This document shows positions 11,950-26,118 of a stretch of DNA of 64,000 nucleotides, piece after piece. The DNA is from Tubulanus polymorphus. Lineage: Eukaryota > Animalia > Nemertea. Below the pieces are notes generated by a model. It worked only from the letters and a program-made list of their open reading frames with translations, was not told the origin of the DNA and searched no databases. Both the position numbers and the translations under genes were made by a program. Position 1 is the stretch's first letter, and each line of letters opens with the position of its first letter. The stretch is from NCBI RefSeq assembly GCF_964204645.1, contig NC_134026.1, forward strand, positions 25,640,150 to 25,704,149. The letters are read 5' to 3'.

Positions 11950-14900
11950 TAGATATTGAATAATATATAAAATATGTTGGCTATCTCTGCCACTTTCACT
12001 TTTTTTAAATTTATGAAATGATTATGTCCTGCCTTATACTGCTGTCAGTTGTCTCTGGGGGACTATGAAAATAGCACCAAAGTTTATCAAATAAATGGTT
12101 TTATTAAGCTTTCTCTTATGGTAATTCAAACCAACCAGACTTCTAAGTCTGTCTAATAGCTAAGCACTTGAAATGAATATACTCCACGAGTTTTGAAATA
12201 CATGCATTGTTTGCAACAGATTTTTAATCACAATTTTAAACACTAGATGAATATATAATATTTAAACGTATATCATGCATATTTATTTCCATGAGTGAAA
12301 AGGTGTGATTTCTTAAACCCGTGTGATTTGCAATTGTGGATTTATCTTGTTTGAAAAAATAAAAAAATGATTTGTAATTTATTAAAAGGACAATTTCATG
12401 TGATTGTTTTGCTTCTTATACATGTTTTTCTGCTTTCAATGGACGATGTTGTTTTGTTGTCAACGTTATTGTAGATGAGATGGACCATTCATTGTTTTCT
12501 TTTTCCAAATATTGATCAAACTTAAGCAGCCACTCCGAAGACATGTGCAATTTAGAACACGGTGCATTCCATCTACAATAACATTACAATATGCGTCCAA
12601 CATGGATTCATAACCAAAACTAAAATAAAACTCAAAATTCCGTTTGGATATTGGCCAGAATCTGTGATGGATGCTGTTGAGAATTTCGGTGTTGTTGCAA
12701 AAATACGATACATTCACCTGATGATGATGTTGGCTTAGAACTAGCCCGGAGGAGCGAAAGAGAAATCTCGGTCCATAGAGGAGACTACGGGAAGAAATTA
12801 AGCCATTCCATTCTTATGAAATACATAGATCTATACAAGACTAGCGCTGATCTCAATTTCATTTTGCTGAATATTGATTAATTTTATTCAAGTATATAGT
12901 CCATCCATGGCTTATTATAATTATCCCCTGGTGAGCATGGGAATTACAGCAGTTGTCCCTAGATAATTAAGGGCAACGTATTTGAATTGAAGCCTGGAAA
13001 TTGGACACACCTCACTTACATATATAGGTATGTATTCTAATCGAAGTGGTTTGATTAGTTCTGTTGAAATCCTTAAATTGCCATATTCACATTCTGAATG
13101 CGGTTGACTGAATTTGCTTTACATGTTTTAAAAATCATTGTTGTGAATATCTTCGTTGTAGTAAATCTTTTTAGGACGACGCATTTGCAAGGAAAAATGC
13201 CATCTAATGTCCATCACTGAATCGGTATACAGCTTTATTTAGCCACATTCAGCCTCGCTGAAATTTAATCTAATCCATCCCTTAGTTGAAGCGATAATCG
13301 ATGAATGTTTAAGGGTTAATCTAATTCGAATCATGATTACGTAACTTAGTTGATGATGTTTAATAATATAACAGATTAAGCCGAACTGTATTTGTAATCC
13401 TGTAGTATTAAACTGATGATGCAAGGTTGAGTCATATATTTAGATGTAGTTTAGACGGATATTCACGTCTTAGGCTTTAATTATTACAACGCAGGTATTG
13501 TGATTATTCGCTGTTATTCAAAGAAGTTTCGAATTTCATAATCAATCCATTCAACAGATTTCTTCGCACCCGAATCAAAACATTTCGTTCCAAAGTTTGA
13601 ACCACACCAACTTAAAAATCAGTCGACGTGTTTTTGCCTGTTCGCTGTCCCGGTGTTGCCTCCAGCTCTATTTCACGGACAAGAAATCTCATTTGTTTTA
13701 TAATGAGTAAGAGAACTAAATTTGTCCGGAAATTCACTTGAAGCAGTGTGTCGCACAATACATTTTTCGTTTCTCTATACGCCGTATCACGAGTTCTTAA
13801 TTATGTATCTCATAGAAATTTTGATAATGGAACCCTTTCCATTTGATTGGACTCGGACAGAACTAAGTCATTAAGAATTGTTTCAGTTTTCTATCCGCAC
13901 ACGCTCGCAGGCTCTCGACAAACTGATTAGGAATTATGAATGTGTCTTGTCCTCTCTATTGTCCGCGATGCACAGTATGGCTAAACTGCCGCTACACACT
14001 TGGACAAATAAACTAATGAAATTTATTGTGAACAAACTTCTTCAGTACCGGCCGTTCTCACAGTCCTTCAGCGTCGACAGCTTATGAAAATCGTTAATTA
14101 ATTGATACACTGATTTTATATATTGCTTCACGATTGATTCATCTCACGTCAACCGTGAAATCCGTAATCGGTGCTTCTAGAAAACTTTAATAAGAACGCG
14201 GCTTCGCGCAGTCGATTACCATGTTGCTATACGTATATACACGCGTATATGCGGTATTTTTACCATTTCCACAAACGTCGCTTGAAAAAATTTATAGAAT
14301 CATTCATTGCGATAAACTCGTATAGTACAGTGAAGAGAGACGGTGATATCCAAAATTATCTATCCAACCATGTTATTCGTATATCTTAGGGGAAAACTAA
14401 TTTTTTCGTCCACTGAAAATTTGAAATTGGCCAAATTCGTGATTTGAGGTAGAGTTTGGTCAATTTGCCATGCCACGCGTCAATTTCATTGACATCGTAA
14501 TGCAGCTGCCATAGGGCGAGTTCGGATGAAACTTCGGTCTCACGCGGAAGATTACTTGTTAGGCCTATAAAAACGTTTGAACATTCTTTGAAAGCTAAGG
14601 GGAATGAAAAAAGCTGCCAATTGTCGCGATTGAAAACATAATTCACTCGGAGTTATTTATAGAAAAATAACGATGCAAGGCGTAAGAATAACCACTAATC
14701 AAAATGGGCATAGATTGAAAAAAAAGGTTAAAGAATGGTCCATAGTTTCATGAAAGTGATATAAGCCACTACCAATTCTATGGAAGGTGTAATATATTTT
14801 TTTCATGATGCATCACACGGACATTAACACCATAAGATATCAGATTAAAAATTGTCATGGAAGTCGAAATCAGGTGTATACGCGCGTTTGGCCATTTCTT

Positions 14901-17471
14901 TTTGTACCTGCTGAAATTAATTTTCGTGTAAAATAACACTTCAAAGGTTGCTAGGGGTTACGCGGCGTAAAAAGATGAAAGCACTATCCGGAGAAATTAG
15001 AGATAAAATTCGGTTTGTTCACCAGAGTTTCATTGTTCGTCGTGTACATGTTTATCGAAGACTTGTAATATTGGATTTATTTCCGACGAAAGACAATCAG
15101 AGATTTAGTGCTCGTACAGCGCCCGGTTCGGTTCCCGAATAGACGAAACTGACAGTTACATTTTGAAAAAGTTAAATATGTATTCTTTTGAGATTATCGC
15201 GACGTGCGTCTAACGTCAGATGATTGGCAGCCGCAAAATCTAAACGCATTATCTCCGAAGAACATAAGGGACTTACATCAATAATTGAAAATTTGATGCG
15301 ATAAATTCGCGTTTTAAAACAACAATTGATGCCAGACAGGCGACTATAAAACACACTATTTCGCCGGAGAAAAAGGTTTAATCGTGTGCAGGTAAATTGT
15401 ATTTCTGTCAATATAATTCCATTCAATTCGAAAAAAGGATTAACTCGCTGCAATTTAGATAAAGCCAGTCAGTCAATGCGATCAATTTGATTGACAGTTA
15501 TTATTTGAATTCTCTGGAAAAATAAACGCTGTACTGTTTGGTTCTCGGCAGAGGTTCAAAAAGTTGAGACTGTTCGCTACTAAAAAGACTGAAAGTTAAG
15601 CAGTGTCCATGTGGGTTCTATCCACCCCGACAACACATGAATGACCAGCCATTGTTCTTTCTTTCAAGTGTTCATAATTAGATCTCTATCTGGTTGACAC
15701 TCCAGTGACCACCGTTCGTAAAATACAATCACAGATGGGAATTTTCAGATGGTCTGCCGAGAGCCGGTCATTCTTTTACAATGAACCACGTTTTAGCAGG
15801 CATCATTGGATTTGCGTTAAAGGCCAAAAATATAAGAAAAATTTAATAATCCTCGGACAAAAAAAAACTAGTGGACACGAAAAAAGCTAATTTCTTTGTT
15901 GAGTAGCCGCACCTGGTTGGCTGCGCCCAATGCAGTAAAATAAAATTTTATACTCGGACAGATGGTCAGTGCTCGTTGAAAGGTCACTCAAATTCACAAT
16001 GTGGTCAAAATAGCCGAATAGCCGATACGCCGTCGGTCATTTATTTGGGGACAAAAAAATTCCAAAAATGACCATGTTGCATGTGAAAAATGAGCCATAA
16101 TTCATTCCGTGGTGATTTCAACTACTGACCGATCTCTATTGACAATTTTGCGCTGAAAAAATAATCAGGACAAAGACATTTTTAGTGTCCCAATCTGGCG
16201 TAAATATTTTCACTTCGGTGTTTGGGAGACTTGAAAATAAATGTAAGTAAACCAAGTCGGCTATGTCATTAATTCAATATACTCGCGTCCATTGTGAATA
16301 TCCGATGTGTGGTTATCAAAACATTTCAAGAATCGATTATAAAATGTTGATTTTTAACTCGCATTTTTCATATATTTTTAAACGAAAATCGAAGTGAACA
16401 TTGAAACATCTTATGCCGTAAATGTTTCATCATTAAAATCTATTCGAACGATTTTTCACATCAAACGAACTCTGCAACCGAAACATTATGGAAGATGAAA
16501 GGTTTAGAAGTTTGCTTTTATTGCCAGAAAACATGTACATCATTGTGAATGAAATAAAAACAAACTTGAAGTTGAACTTATTTAATGCGAAGTGCTTGTT
16601 TCGTCCTAAACCCTGGACCCAATCATCAAAGCTATTGATCTACACCTGCATTGAATCACGGAATACCCTTGTTAAAATTTTTTGTTCATGTCCGAAATAC
16701 TTTTCAAATAGACATTAATAGACTAAAACAATGAAAATTACAAATATTCATACGTGAGTTCGCGTTTGAATGAAAACTTGACTAAATGGGAAATCTTGTT
16801 TTTGGTTTCTGCTCCAGGCAATCAGGCAATAACTGCAACATCAAATATTAATTCCAAAGCCGAAAGTATTCCTGTGCCATTGAGATTGTAAAAAGGTGTT
16901 TCTCGTTCGGACAATGAACGTTACAAGGATTTCATTTTAGTTTATACGGTTGATTTGGCACTTCAGGGCAATTTTTTAAAAGAAATACTTCATCTACATC
17001 ATGGTTTGGGTCTCAGCGTAAAGAGAGATCGCCTACATAAATTTTGGAACTGGAAAATTTAGAAATCAGAAAAAGTGTGAAATACTGTGTGCTGGGCTTT
17101 TTGACATATATACCGACGTTTTAAAAGACATTTTAAACATACGTGAAAACGATGAAAATGTGTAAGATATGGTAGAAACAAAGTGTACTCAAAAATATAG
17201 ATTAGCCATGTTCGTTTTCTCTTTTTACCCTCTGCAAGTTTTATTTAATATTTGCATCTCATTTTTTTTATTTTATAAAATGCACTGCTTTATTAACCTC
17301 ATCTACCTCAACATTTTGGTTAAAAGTATTTTCCATCCATATTTTTCAACATAATGTGGGACTTCCAACATAAATGTACGATTTTTTGTTGACACGTCGA
17401 TGTTATTTCCACTAAACCCCGTATCACTTTTTGAATTGCTTTATTCAAGTACGTAGACATCGAGTATAATG

Positions 17472-17503
17472 ATGGACTCTAAAACGTTCGTTTTAGAGTC
17501 CAT
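17472..17503. repeat. Perfect short palindrome ATGGACTCTAAAACG-tt-CGTTTTAGAGTCCAT
   Basis: 15-bp perfect arms with a 2-nt loop. A degenerate relative (catggactc...ttttagagtccac) lies at ~39235-39261. Confidence 0.85.
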
Positions 17504-20500
17504 GGTTTAATCAAGTATTTGATACTTCGATATTTGCTCCACAAAACATAAGGATCTGAATCCTAAGGTTAAAGTAAAATTCACAAAGCTTGGGCAATAA
17601 AAATTATTTTCATCTGTTAATATTTCTGACAAAATCATCAGTGAAACTGATATTTTCTGTAAACCGCCATATTGTATGTTAGTCTGTCCAATCCGTGCAC
17701 CCTCTGTAACGGAATTCCAAAATCTTAATAAGATTGCTTAAATCTAGTTTATGCGCCACAAATGAAATGACACAGATTTTGAATAGTTTCATTTGTCATG
17801 ATATCTTTATTTCAAGAATATAAAGAGTTCATTTACACTAATCCGAAAGCTTGAAAAATAAAAAAGGGCATTGTAGTTTGTATTCAAAATATGTGACTGA
17901 AAATTGTAAAAAGAAATACATATTCCTTTCTGCTAAAGAAAAAGAAAGTTTCTATAATGCTGTAAATTACAGAAAGTCTAATATATGTAACGCAGAGTTA
18001 ACTGTAAACTGTTTTTATACCGACTGAACCCATTTTTTTCTTGTTCATTTTCGTAACGACTTGAAATCGAAGTTTACCTCAAGAAACACATATGATTCTT
18101 GCTTTATTTTGCTAACCTTACCATTTAATGACAGTCCGTTTTAGTAGATGTATCTATCCGACAGCTATTATGTCAGTACGCTTTTTGCATAATCTTTTCT
18201 CACTTTATGAGGCATTTTGCTTCAAATATATATCATTATTATCATTTGAATCATTAGTTAGAATAATACAAACAAACCTCTGTTAATCATTATATATCAA
18301 TTATATATGATAATATAAAGTTTTTAAGCAAAGTATTTTTTAAAAACCCTGTTGTGATTTATTATAAAGTATATCCATTTCAAATGGACCGGTGTTCACA
18401 TAACAAATTCTTCTTTATTTACTCGAAATCTCTCTTAATCCTTCCTGTAATCTTATTTGCCTGATTTTACCTCTATCTACCTCTTATACCTGTAGAAACC
18501 TTGACGCTACTTAATTTGCCATTTTATCCTATTGCCAATTGATTAATCAACAGAAACAATTCGTAATAACATTTCTGATAAAATGAAGGTCAGTTTATTT
18601 TATGTTCTTGTATATATGTACAATGTATATTACATAATCTGTATCTATTGGTTAATTGATAATGAAATGATTGTTTGATTCAAACTAACCAAAACGAAGA
18701 GATATGTCAATGATATGATATCGCTAGTATTCAACCCTGATCATTGTGGCAACGGTCAGTATTTCGTGCATAGTAGACGTGTTGATATGTTCTTTTTATA
18801 ATAAAAAAAACAATGTTTATATCTATACATACATACGTATATTTGAATATATATGATATACTGATGACTCGATGATATATTGCAAAACAACGATGTACAT
18901 ATAAAGTAAAATGTTCGTCTGTGAATTGTGTAATAAATAAACATGTTAATTATGAAAACACGCAGAGGATGTATCGGTGGATTTTTAACCCCAATATAAT
19001 TGACTGTGTATATGTAACTATATTTAGAACCAATTGGTCATTAATCATTAAAATGTATATGACCATATGTTTCCTCAGTGTATTATATATACATGAATGA
19101 ATTTCGTGTTGATTACCAGTAAATATATGAATATAATATTTATGAAAAATTTTACGTGGTCGGATGCGTCTCATAAGGCGTCAACGACGCGTGTGTTTGT
19201 GTGTATGTATAAGTTATGTTTAATTTTTAGTTTTGACATGAACTTGAATGTTAGCGCTTTTCGTATCAAGACGGTTTGTAAAAATATTTGCTTCTCTGCT
19301 GACGAGTCAAATAAAAATAAAGAATTTATTGAAAGGTGAAATTTGACTTTTTGTTTTGTATTATGGATTATGGATTCTGATGGAACGAACTTTCCCCCTC
19401 ATGATTGATACTTTTGGACGAAATCACGATGACGAGGAGGATATTGAAGCTCAAAATGAATGGATATTCCCAAATTAATGAAAGTTCGCCCTTATCGCAG
19501 TTGGTGCTATAGATTCCGTTTGAAAATGATTTCCCGCCCCAAACTGGTGGCAGCACCAGCCTGTTTACTCGAGCCAAACGCCTGAAATATTCGCGTGGAA
19601 AGGAGTGTTGATGATTCAAACATTGGTAAAAACTGGAATACGTTTATTGTTTACCGGATCTCACGCTTCCAAAAAGTGTCCCCTGTTGTCTCACTTGTAA
19701 TAGATGTTTATATTCATCGATGAGAAAGGGTTGAGAAACCATCTGATTAAAGCAACGATGAAGTCATTTAGAAAATTATAGCAGCGCCGAGAACCGCCTA
19801 ATGTGTCATTAAGTTACAAGCTCAAACGTATAATGTGTTTAATTGATTTCTGCATGCCAGTGAAGTAAACAGAATTTCACAGGTTCACGTCCTCGGTAAA
19901 AATGCCGCGATGTCAGTTCATCCGTAAATTTCATTTCTATGTTCAAAGCGAAGCCACGTCTCATCCCATTAATTAGTCGAAGGTTTTGTAATGAGCGTTT
20001 TTAAATAATTCCCCTTTTCATGCTTACAACAGCAGCGTAGTGAGTTTCATACCAACATTCAAATTGCACCAATTCCCAGAAATCTATACTTGGCCACTGC
20101 ATGGACGTATAAACTAGATATATAGTTTATACGTTGGTGGCTACAGCGACACAGGAGCCTTCGACCAGTTGAAGTGGGTTCCACCAAGAATATTCTGTTA
20201 TTGCAGACAAGGTGATGGAACATGCTATTAATACGTTCTACACGTATATGTTATGAAGAGCCTCTCTCGCTCTCTTTTTCATATAACTTCGCTGTGACAG
20301 AATTTTAAGTGAAAGATCTCTTCAATATAATCAAATTTGGCGTTTGTTTCTGAATTCCGTTTAATGGGTTTAGGTTTATTGCAATTTTGCGCGGTCCCAC
20401 GTAAAGTGGAAATAATTTGATTATAAAATCTCATAAGCTTTCATAAAGCAACGTAATTTAAGTGAAATGGCCATAGTTAATTGTCAGTTCATTTTACTTG

Positions 20501-23500
20501 ATCTATGCGAAGTCATAAATAAAATTGCGTTGTTTGCATCAAATTTAATCTGCAGCTTATAATTGAATTTGAAAGCGAAAGATATAACTGGATGGGGGGA
20601 ATTGAAGTCGACTAGAACATTTTCAAGAGACAGTTTAAAAGCATGAAATTGTAGATGTCGGTTCTCTGAAATTAGCTTCATATTTCATGATATCTTATTA
20701 AGAAACACGAAATTATACCACAGCCTCCTATCTTTAAGGGCTGGTCCGGCTGTCGGCCTCGGTCGGACCAATAATTTCCCAAATCAGTTCTACTCAAATT
20801 CGTCATTTCACTCCAATAGAAATTCTCGCCCAATTTCGGCAAAATCGTATGTTTCAAATGCCGGAAAATGCATCTAGAGCATCTGATTTTAGAAATCATT
20901 CTGGGGGATGACCCTTCGGCGCTCGCCGGTGATGCTATCGACATTTGAAAATGTTCCACTAATCCTTTCTGGTCGCACAAATCCCAGATTGCTTCCACCG
21001 GCCGTAACTAGAAAATACTGTCCATATAACAAAATTCCAATTTCCAATTTCAAACTTGTCTTATCAGATATATAAAATTGCCTTGCGATGGGGGCATCTC
21101 AATCACCGGAGTAACCAGCAAAACTTATCCCAATTAAAATGCATTATTGTTGTTTCACGCGCGAATGCAAATTATGCGACTAGAGATTATAGCATTTTAA
21201 TAGCAATTGCCATTACGTGCCGCGCCATAAGATATTACGACTAAATCGATCTATTAGAAAAATGGAGTGAAATTCAAGATCGTATTTACGACGCATTAAT
21301 AAACAACCAGCGACGATTCAGAGCACTTTACGGAATACGATTAAGGCTCATTTAATTTTCAAACCGTGATCGAGAAAATTCAAAACGCAATTACATTAAA
21401 TTGGAATCGTTAAAAGCTGACGCATGAACGAAATGATTGTGCAATTTGTGCTGCATGACGCCGATTAACAAAATATCGGGTAATCGGGAGAGTGAATTAT
21501 TGCTCACAAATGCCCCAACTTCAAACCACCGGAAAAACTGTGTGAAATTCACCACGAGATGCTTATCATAGACTTAAGTTGATCGCAACAGAGGGCTGGT
21601 TAAATAGTTAACCCGATGGCAAGAGTAGTTGCTAATCGATTCCACGGTCATGCTGGGGTTGTCCAAAATAGGTTTGTTGGTAATCAATCGAGCCGTTTGA
21701 TCCCAAACATTTGTAGGGGAATCCGCACAGGGGTGGAACTTTGGGGACCTGTGAGAATTGTAAAAAGCTATCAAATTTTTTTGCAGTGCCTTTTTCTATT
21801 TTGACTACAAAGATAATTGGTGTATTCATACCTCTGTGGACATCAAAGTGCCCTTTTGTGATGTGACAAGTCCTTCAAAACTAGCCCCTCAGTGCGGGAG
21901 TACACATGATATTGCCTTTTTGTACGTCAAAGAGCCCCTTTGTAGCAAGTTCTTCAAAATGTGCATCTGAATCAGCCCTGTACATCGTCTGGTATTCAAA
22001 CTAGGTTTGATAGGGTTCACAGATTTTTCGTCAGTATAGCTTATTAAAAACTTTAAGATGGCATAATAAAAACTAAAATTCATTGTTCACAGGTTTGATT
22101 TTTACAGGGTTTCGTTAGTTCTCATCAGTGTTGTACAAATTTTGACGAGCGGTTGTCTCAAGACGTTTTTTTTTCGCGAATTATCGACGTTTTTGTGCTT
22201 CGTAAATCGAAGAAAGCTTTACGTTGACTTTAATCCGGCCACTCTAAAAGCTCTCCAGCAAATGGCGATATTTTTATAACGTAATACCGGGCGAAATATA
22301 AATCAAAGGGAATACAAACTTTATTCATTTGCGACGTCTTGAAACCTACAGTGAGCTCAGTACCTGGTCGCTACGGATGAGAAAACTTTTAATTCTAAAG
22401 TCAATACAACGAAGGATTAGCCCCACTTTGATTTCAGCACCGATACACAGTGACCACACGAAGTCTCTGAATCAGAATGAAATCGAAAAGAACTTTTTCC
22501 AATTCAATTTGAAGCAATCGGTTACCATGGGAACGCACGGACGGGTCAGTAGTACAAACGTAGACAATGCATCTGAGGGTAATTCAAGCCTTTTAATCGA
22601 ATTGTGTTAAAGGCAGGTTTCGATAGGTTTCTACCGATGAAACGTTACTATCAGAATACGCTTTAACCCTGTCCGGAATATCATAATCTTAAACCTTACA
22701 GACGCCGGCATCCATTTTAATCCGGAATTAATATTGTTTTACCGGAACACGTTCAACTTGCCTAATATTATCGGTAAAAGGCCGAATTATTCAAAATTGA
22801 TATTTCAGTTGAGTACGGTACGCGGCTCAATCATCTCGTAATAAAAATGCACCCCACATTTTTTTTATTGCAGGGACTCTTACTCCGCTGGTAAAAAAAA
22901 ACAATTGATCGCCTGAATTAAACGACGATCCAAATAGGTGGCACATTCATCGACAGTGGCACATACATCCATTATTAAAATGACGACTGTACGACATACG
23001 CCCCGACCCCGGTAGTACCTATTTCTTGAAAAATGCGTGATTTTTCTCCACAATATCTCAACCATATAATGTATCTTCGTTCTATATATCATTTTATATT
23101 TTCACTGAAATCAACGGAGTGAAGCTTTTGCGGTGAACAAAATCCGCCATTTCAGTGATATGTTTTATTTTTAAGTGGTGCTCGTTTCGTCAAATGTTTT
23201 GCACTTCATTTACAACTTGATTGGTGATGGGTACCCATGGTGATGGCGTCTATTTTCCTGCATTTTCCTGTTCATTCCACGAATAATAAGTATTTCTTGG
23301 ACCTCGGAACTGCTTTTAGGTATGTTACATGTATGTTAAACCTATAATATTTATGTTTCTACAGATTAAAATGACTATAGTTGATACGAACGATCAGACT
23401 AGAATTTGAATGGTGTGTGAAATGTCAATGCAGTGTGAAAAGAATGAAATTCAACCATAATTTATTGATCGATCATGTGCTTTCTTAGTCAGACGACATT

Positions 23501-24099
23501 TAAGAACATGTCTGGCCGAACCCGTCAGTCCTTATTAATCAATCAAAATGCCATATTTTACAAATCTATGCTTATCTTGGTTTTAGGCTTGCTTCAGGCC
23601 AGCATCGCATGTGTTCTGTGACTGATATTACACCTTAAACTTTCACTGAGAACCTAAGTGTCAGTGGTATATCGCGATTGCGACCCCTGACACTAAGGTT
23701 CACACGAGCTCAGTACACACAGTATCCAGGTTGCGCGAAACGGCCACTTTCAGGACTGGGTGAACTAACACTCTGGTCTCCTTCCACTCCCTACCGCCCT
23801 ACCCTTCATCTACCCATAACATCCAGACTGGGAGAGGGATCTTAATGGGTAAGAGACCACTCTCCCAGTCAGGATAATGTCTCAATTAGTAACAGACCAC
23901 ACAATTTATTCATCCTTAGCCTAGTACATGCAGTTGATAGTCTCCAGTGTTTTTGATTGTGACCTCTTTTCATAAAGCAACAAAACACATGTGAGATATA
24001 TATAGTACAGTAGTATTACATTATTAGCGTACATGTAGTGTGACAAGTTTGGAATTGAAGACCAATCTAGCAGAATCGCTCAGAACGAACGCTTACGTT

Positions 24100-24320
24100 G
24101 TAGGTATGGTTCATACCATGTTCAAATTCAAGAAATTTTTCCCTTATTCAACTTGATTAAATGAGACTCTATCGTAATCCTTCCAATTGGTACAAAGCTG
24201 GTATAATATCGGATATTCCGTTATTGTGATTTTTGGGATTCTGTTGGGACCTTAATGAGCACCCTAAAAGTAAGCAAAATATCCCAGAAAAACAGGTCTT
24301 ATCCATTGATAAATGGACCA
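24100..24320 (+). mobile_element. Degenerate solo arm of the MITE family at 46793-47342
   Basis: Collinear similarity to 47092-47340, e.g. aaaagtaagcaaaatatcccagaaaaacaggtct, atatcggatattc, atgttcaaat.caagaaattt. Confidence 0.8.
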
Positions 24321-26118
24321 TAGGCCTAATCCTTAGGCCTATACGTTGTTTCTAGGTTAGTCCATCATTCTGAAAATAGCTTTCTTGGATAACTCGGAAG
24401 TTCGGCTGATAGTCGGACTAATGCCTATACCACTCTATTCTAACTGTATTCACAAATATCACTCATCAGTAGTGTTGTGTTAGAAACCAATCGAAATAAC
24501 TAAAATGTGCGGTAACTATTTGCATTATTGATGTCTTTTAGCTCAGCTACATTCCATTTGACGTTATCAAAGTAAAGTTTACTATGAGATAAGAGAGTTA
24601 CATGCTGTCCAGTGTCTACTCAGCATTCATCTGGTCTAATTGAGCTTAGATGCATTTCATTAGTCAGGAGCTTGCGAGGTTTTAAAAACTCCAATTATAG
24701 GTTTCCCTAGTTATACCTTAATGAAATTAACATTTGGGACAAAGACCTAGACCTATCTGGTACATTTTATGGTAGGTATAAGTTGATGGGTAGGCGCGTG
24801 CCTGAGGTGTGAATGGTGGTTTGTGGGTTTGTTATATAAGTTGTAGATGAAGCAATATAAATCAACAACATTGATTAACCCTTCTCCATAGTCTACTGAT
24901 TGATCACTGATATCCCATATATACATGCATACATAGCCTATGTACATTCATAAACCATTTTGGATTGGAAGGAAATGTTTCCTGAAAATGAATATTTACC
25001 TTTTTACGATGGTTCATCAAGTACATGCTATTTCTAAAAATTATTCAAAAGAATTATTCAATCAGTATTCTTTACTATGAGTTAGATTAAAACTGTTTCT
25101 TATCGATATTTTCATTACTGACTGTTTATTGTCATGCAGAGATAGGCAAATTTGAAGCTTTCATATCTATTCATGGATTACTAGGTGTGTCCAACATTTT
25201 CACAATTAGAAAAAAACACTGAATAGCCTCTGCCTATGGGAATTCATTCATTGAGAAAGCTTCTTTCAATTATTGTGCGCTCCATGGAGACGTGCATGTT
25301 TTATATAGTATTACCAATGTCATTTTCTATGTTAAGCGATATGAAAAATTCCGGTTTTTTTCAATCTTGAAAAAAAAACAGTTCAGTGACGGGATTATTT
25401 AATCAAAGTTTCCAGTGAATGTGGAATGATGTGGGAGTTGAGAGCAGATCATATTTTATGCGGTAGCAACGTTTCGAAATCGTTGCCTGTTGGTGATAAC
25501 GCAATTATCATTAGCAGAAAACGGTGACAGAATTAGAAAAAAAATGATTGTTGTCAACTGAATGCGACAGTGTCTATATTCATAGAAATTGTATAATGAT
25601 TTCTCTTCACTGTAACTATCCAAAATTGAATTTCCAAATATCATCAATAATACATTTGTCCCAATGAAAGCGTTATATTTCACAACATATCGCTTCATAA
25701 TTATTGAAATGTAATTTATGAAATCAATTGCATTTCGATGTTTTTATGGATATATTCACCAGTTCCAATTAAATGCATATATGCCATTCTACATTCAGTT
25801 CCGACTCATTACAATTACGAAAGGAAGCTAAGCTTTTAGCGACATGTGATTATTGTTGCTATGCAACAGGAGCGACGAGGATGGCTGCGATCTTTTGTGC
25901 TCACGTAAAGGTTTGCTTTTATTTTGCAGCGATCAGTACTCGAGAACAGGAAGTATCCATGGAGTCTATAGAAAGCGAAAGACGTTTAATTAACGAACAT
26001 TGAACATTGCTCGGGACACAAATATACATAAATTTCATCAAACGAAATGTAGTCATTACGTCGTCTGTGTGGAAAGCATGTTTTTAACTGGTGCACTTCC
26101 TCGATTTCGTTTGTTGTG

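Noticed and set aside
20678-21830. GC-richer patches and overlapping ORFs suggesting a transposon or gene
   Set aside because: They look like decayed repeat fragments, but I could not define TIRs, TSDs or protein motifs.
5931-25698. Many 60-106 aa ORFs in the intergenic region
   Set aside because: Lengths and composition are as expected by chance in AT-rich DNA. I found no domains or consistent splice chains.
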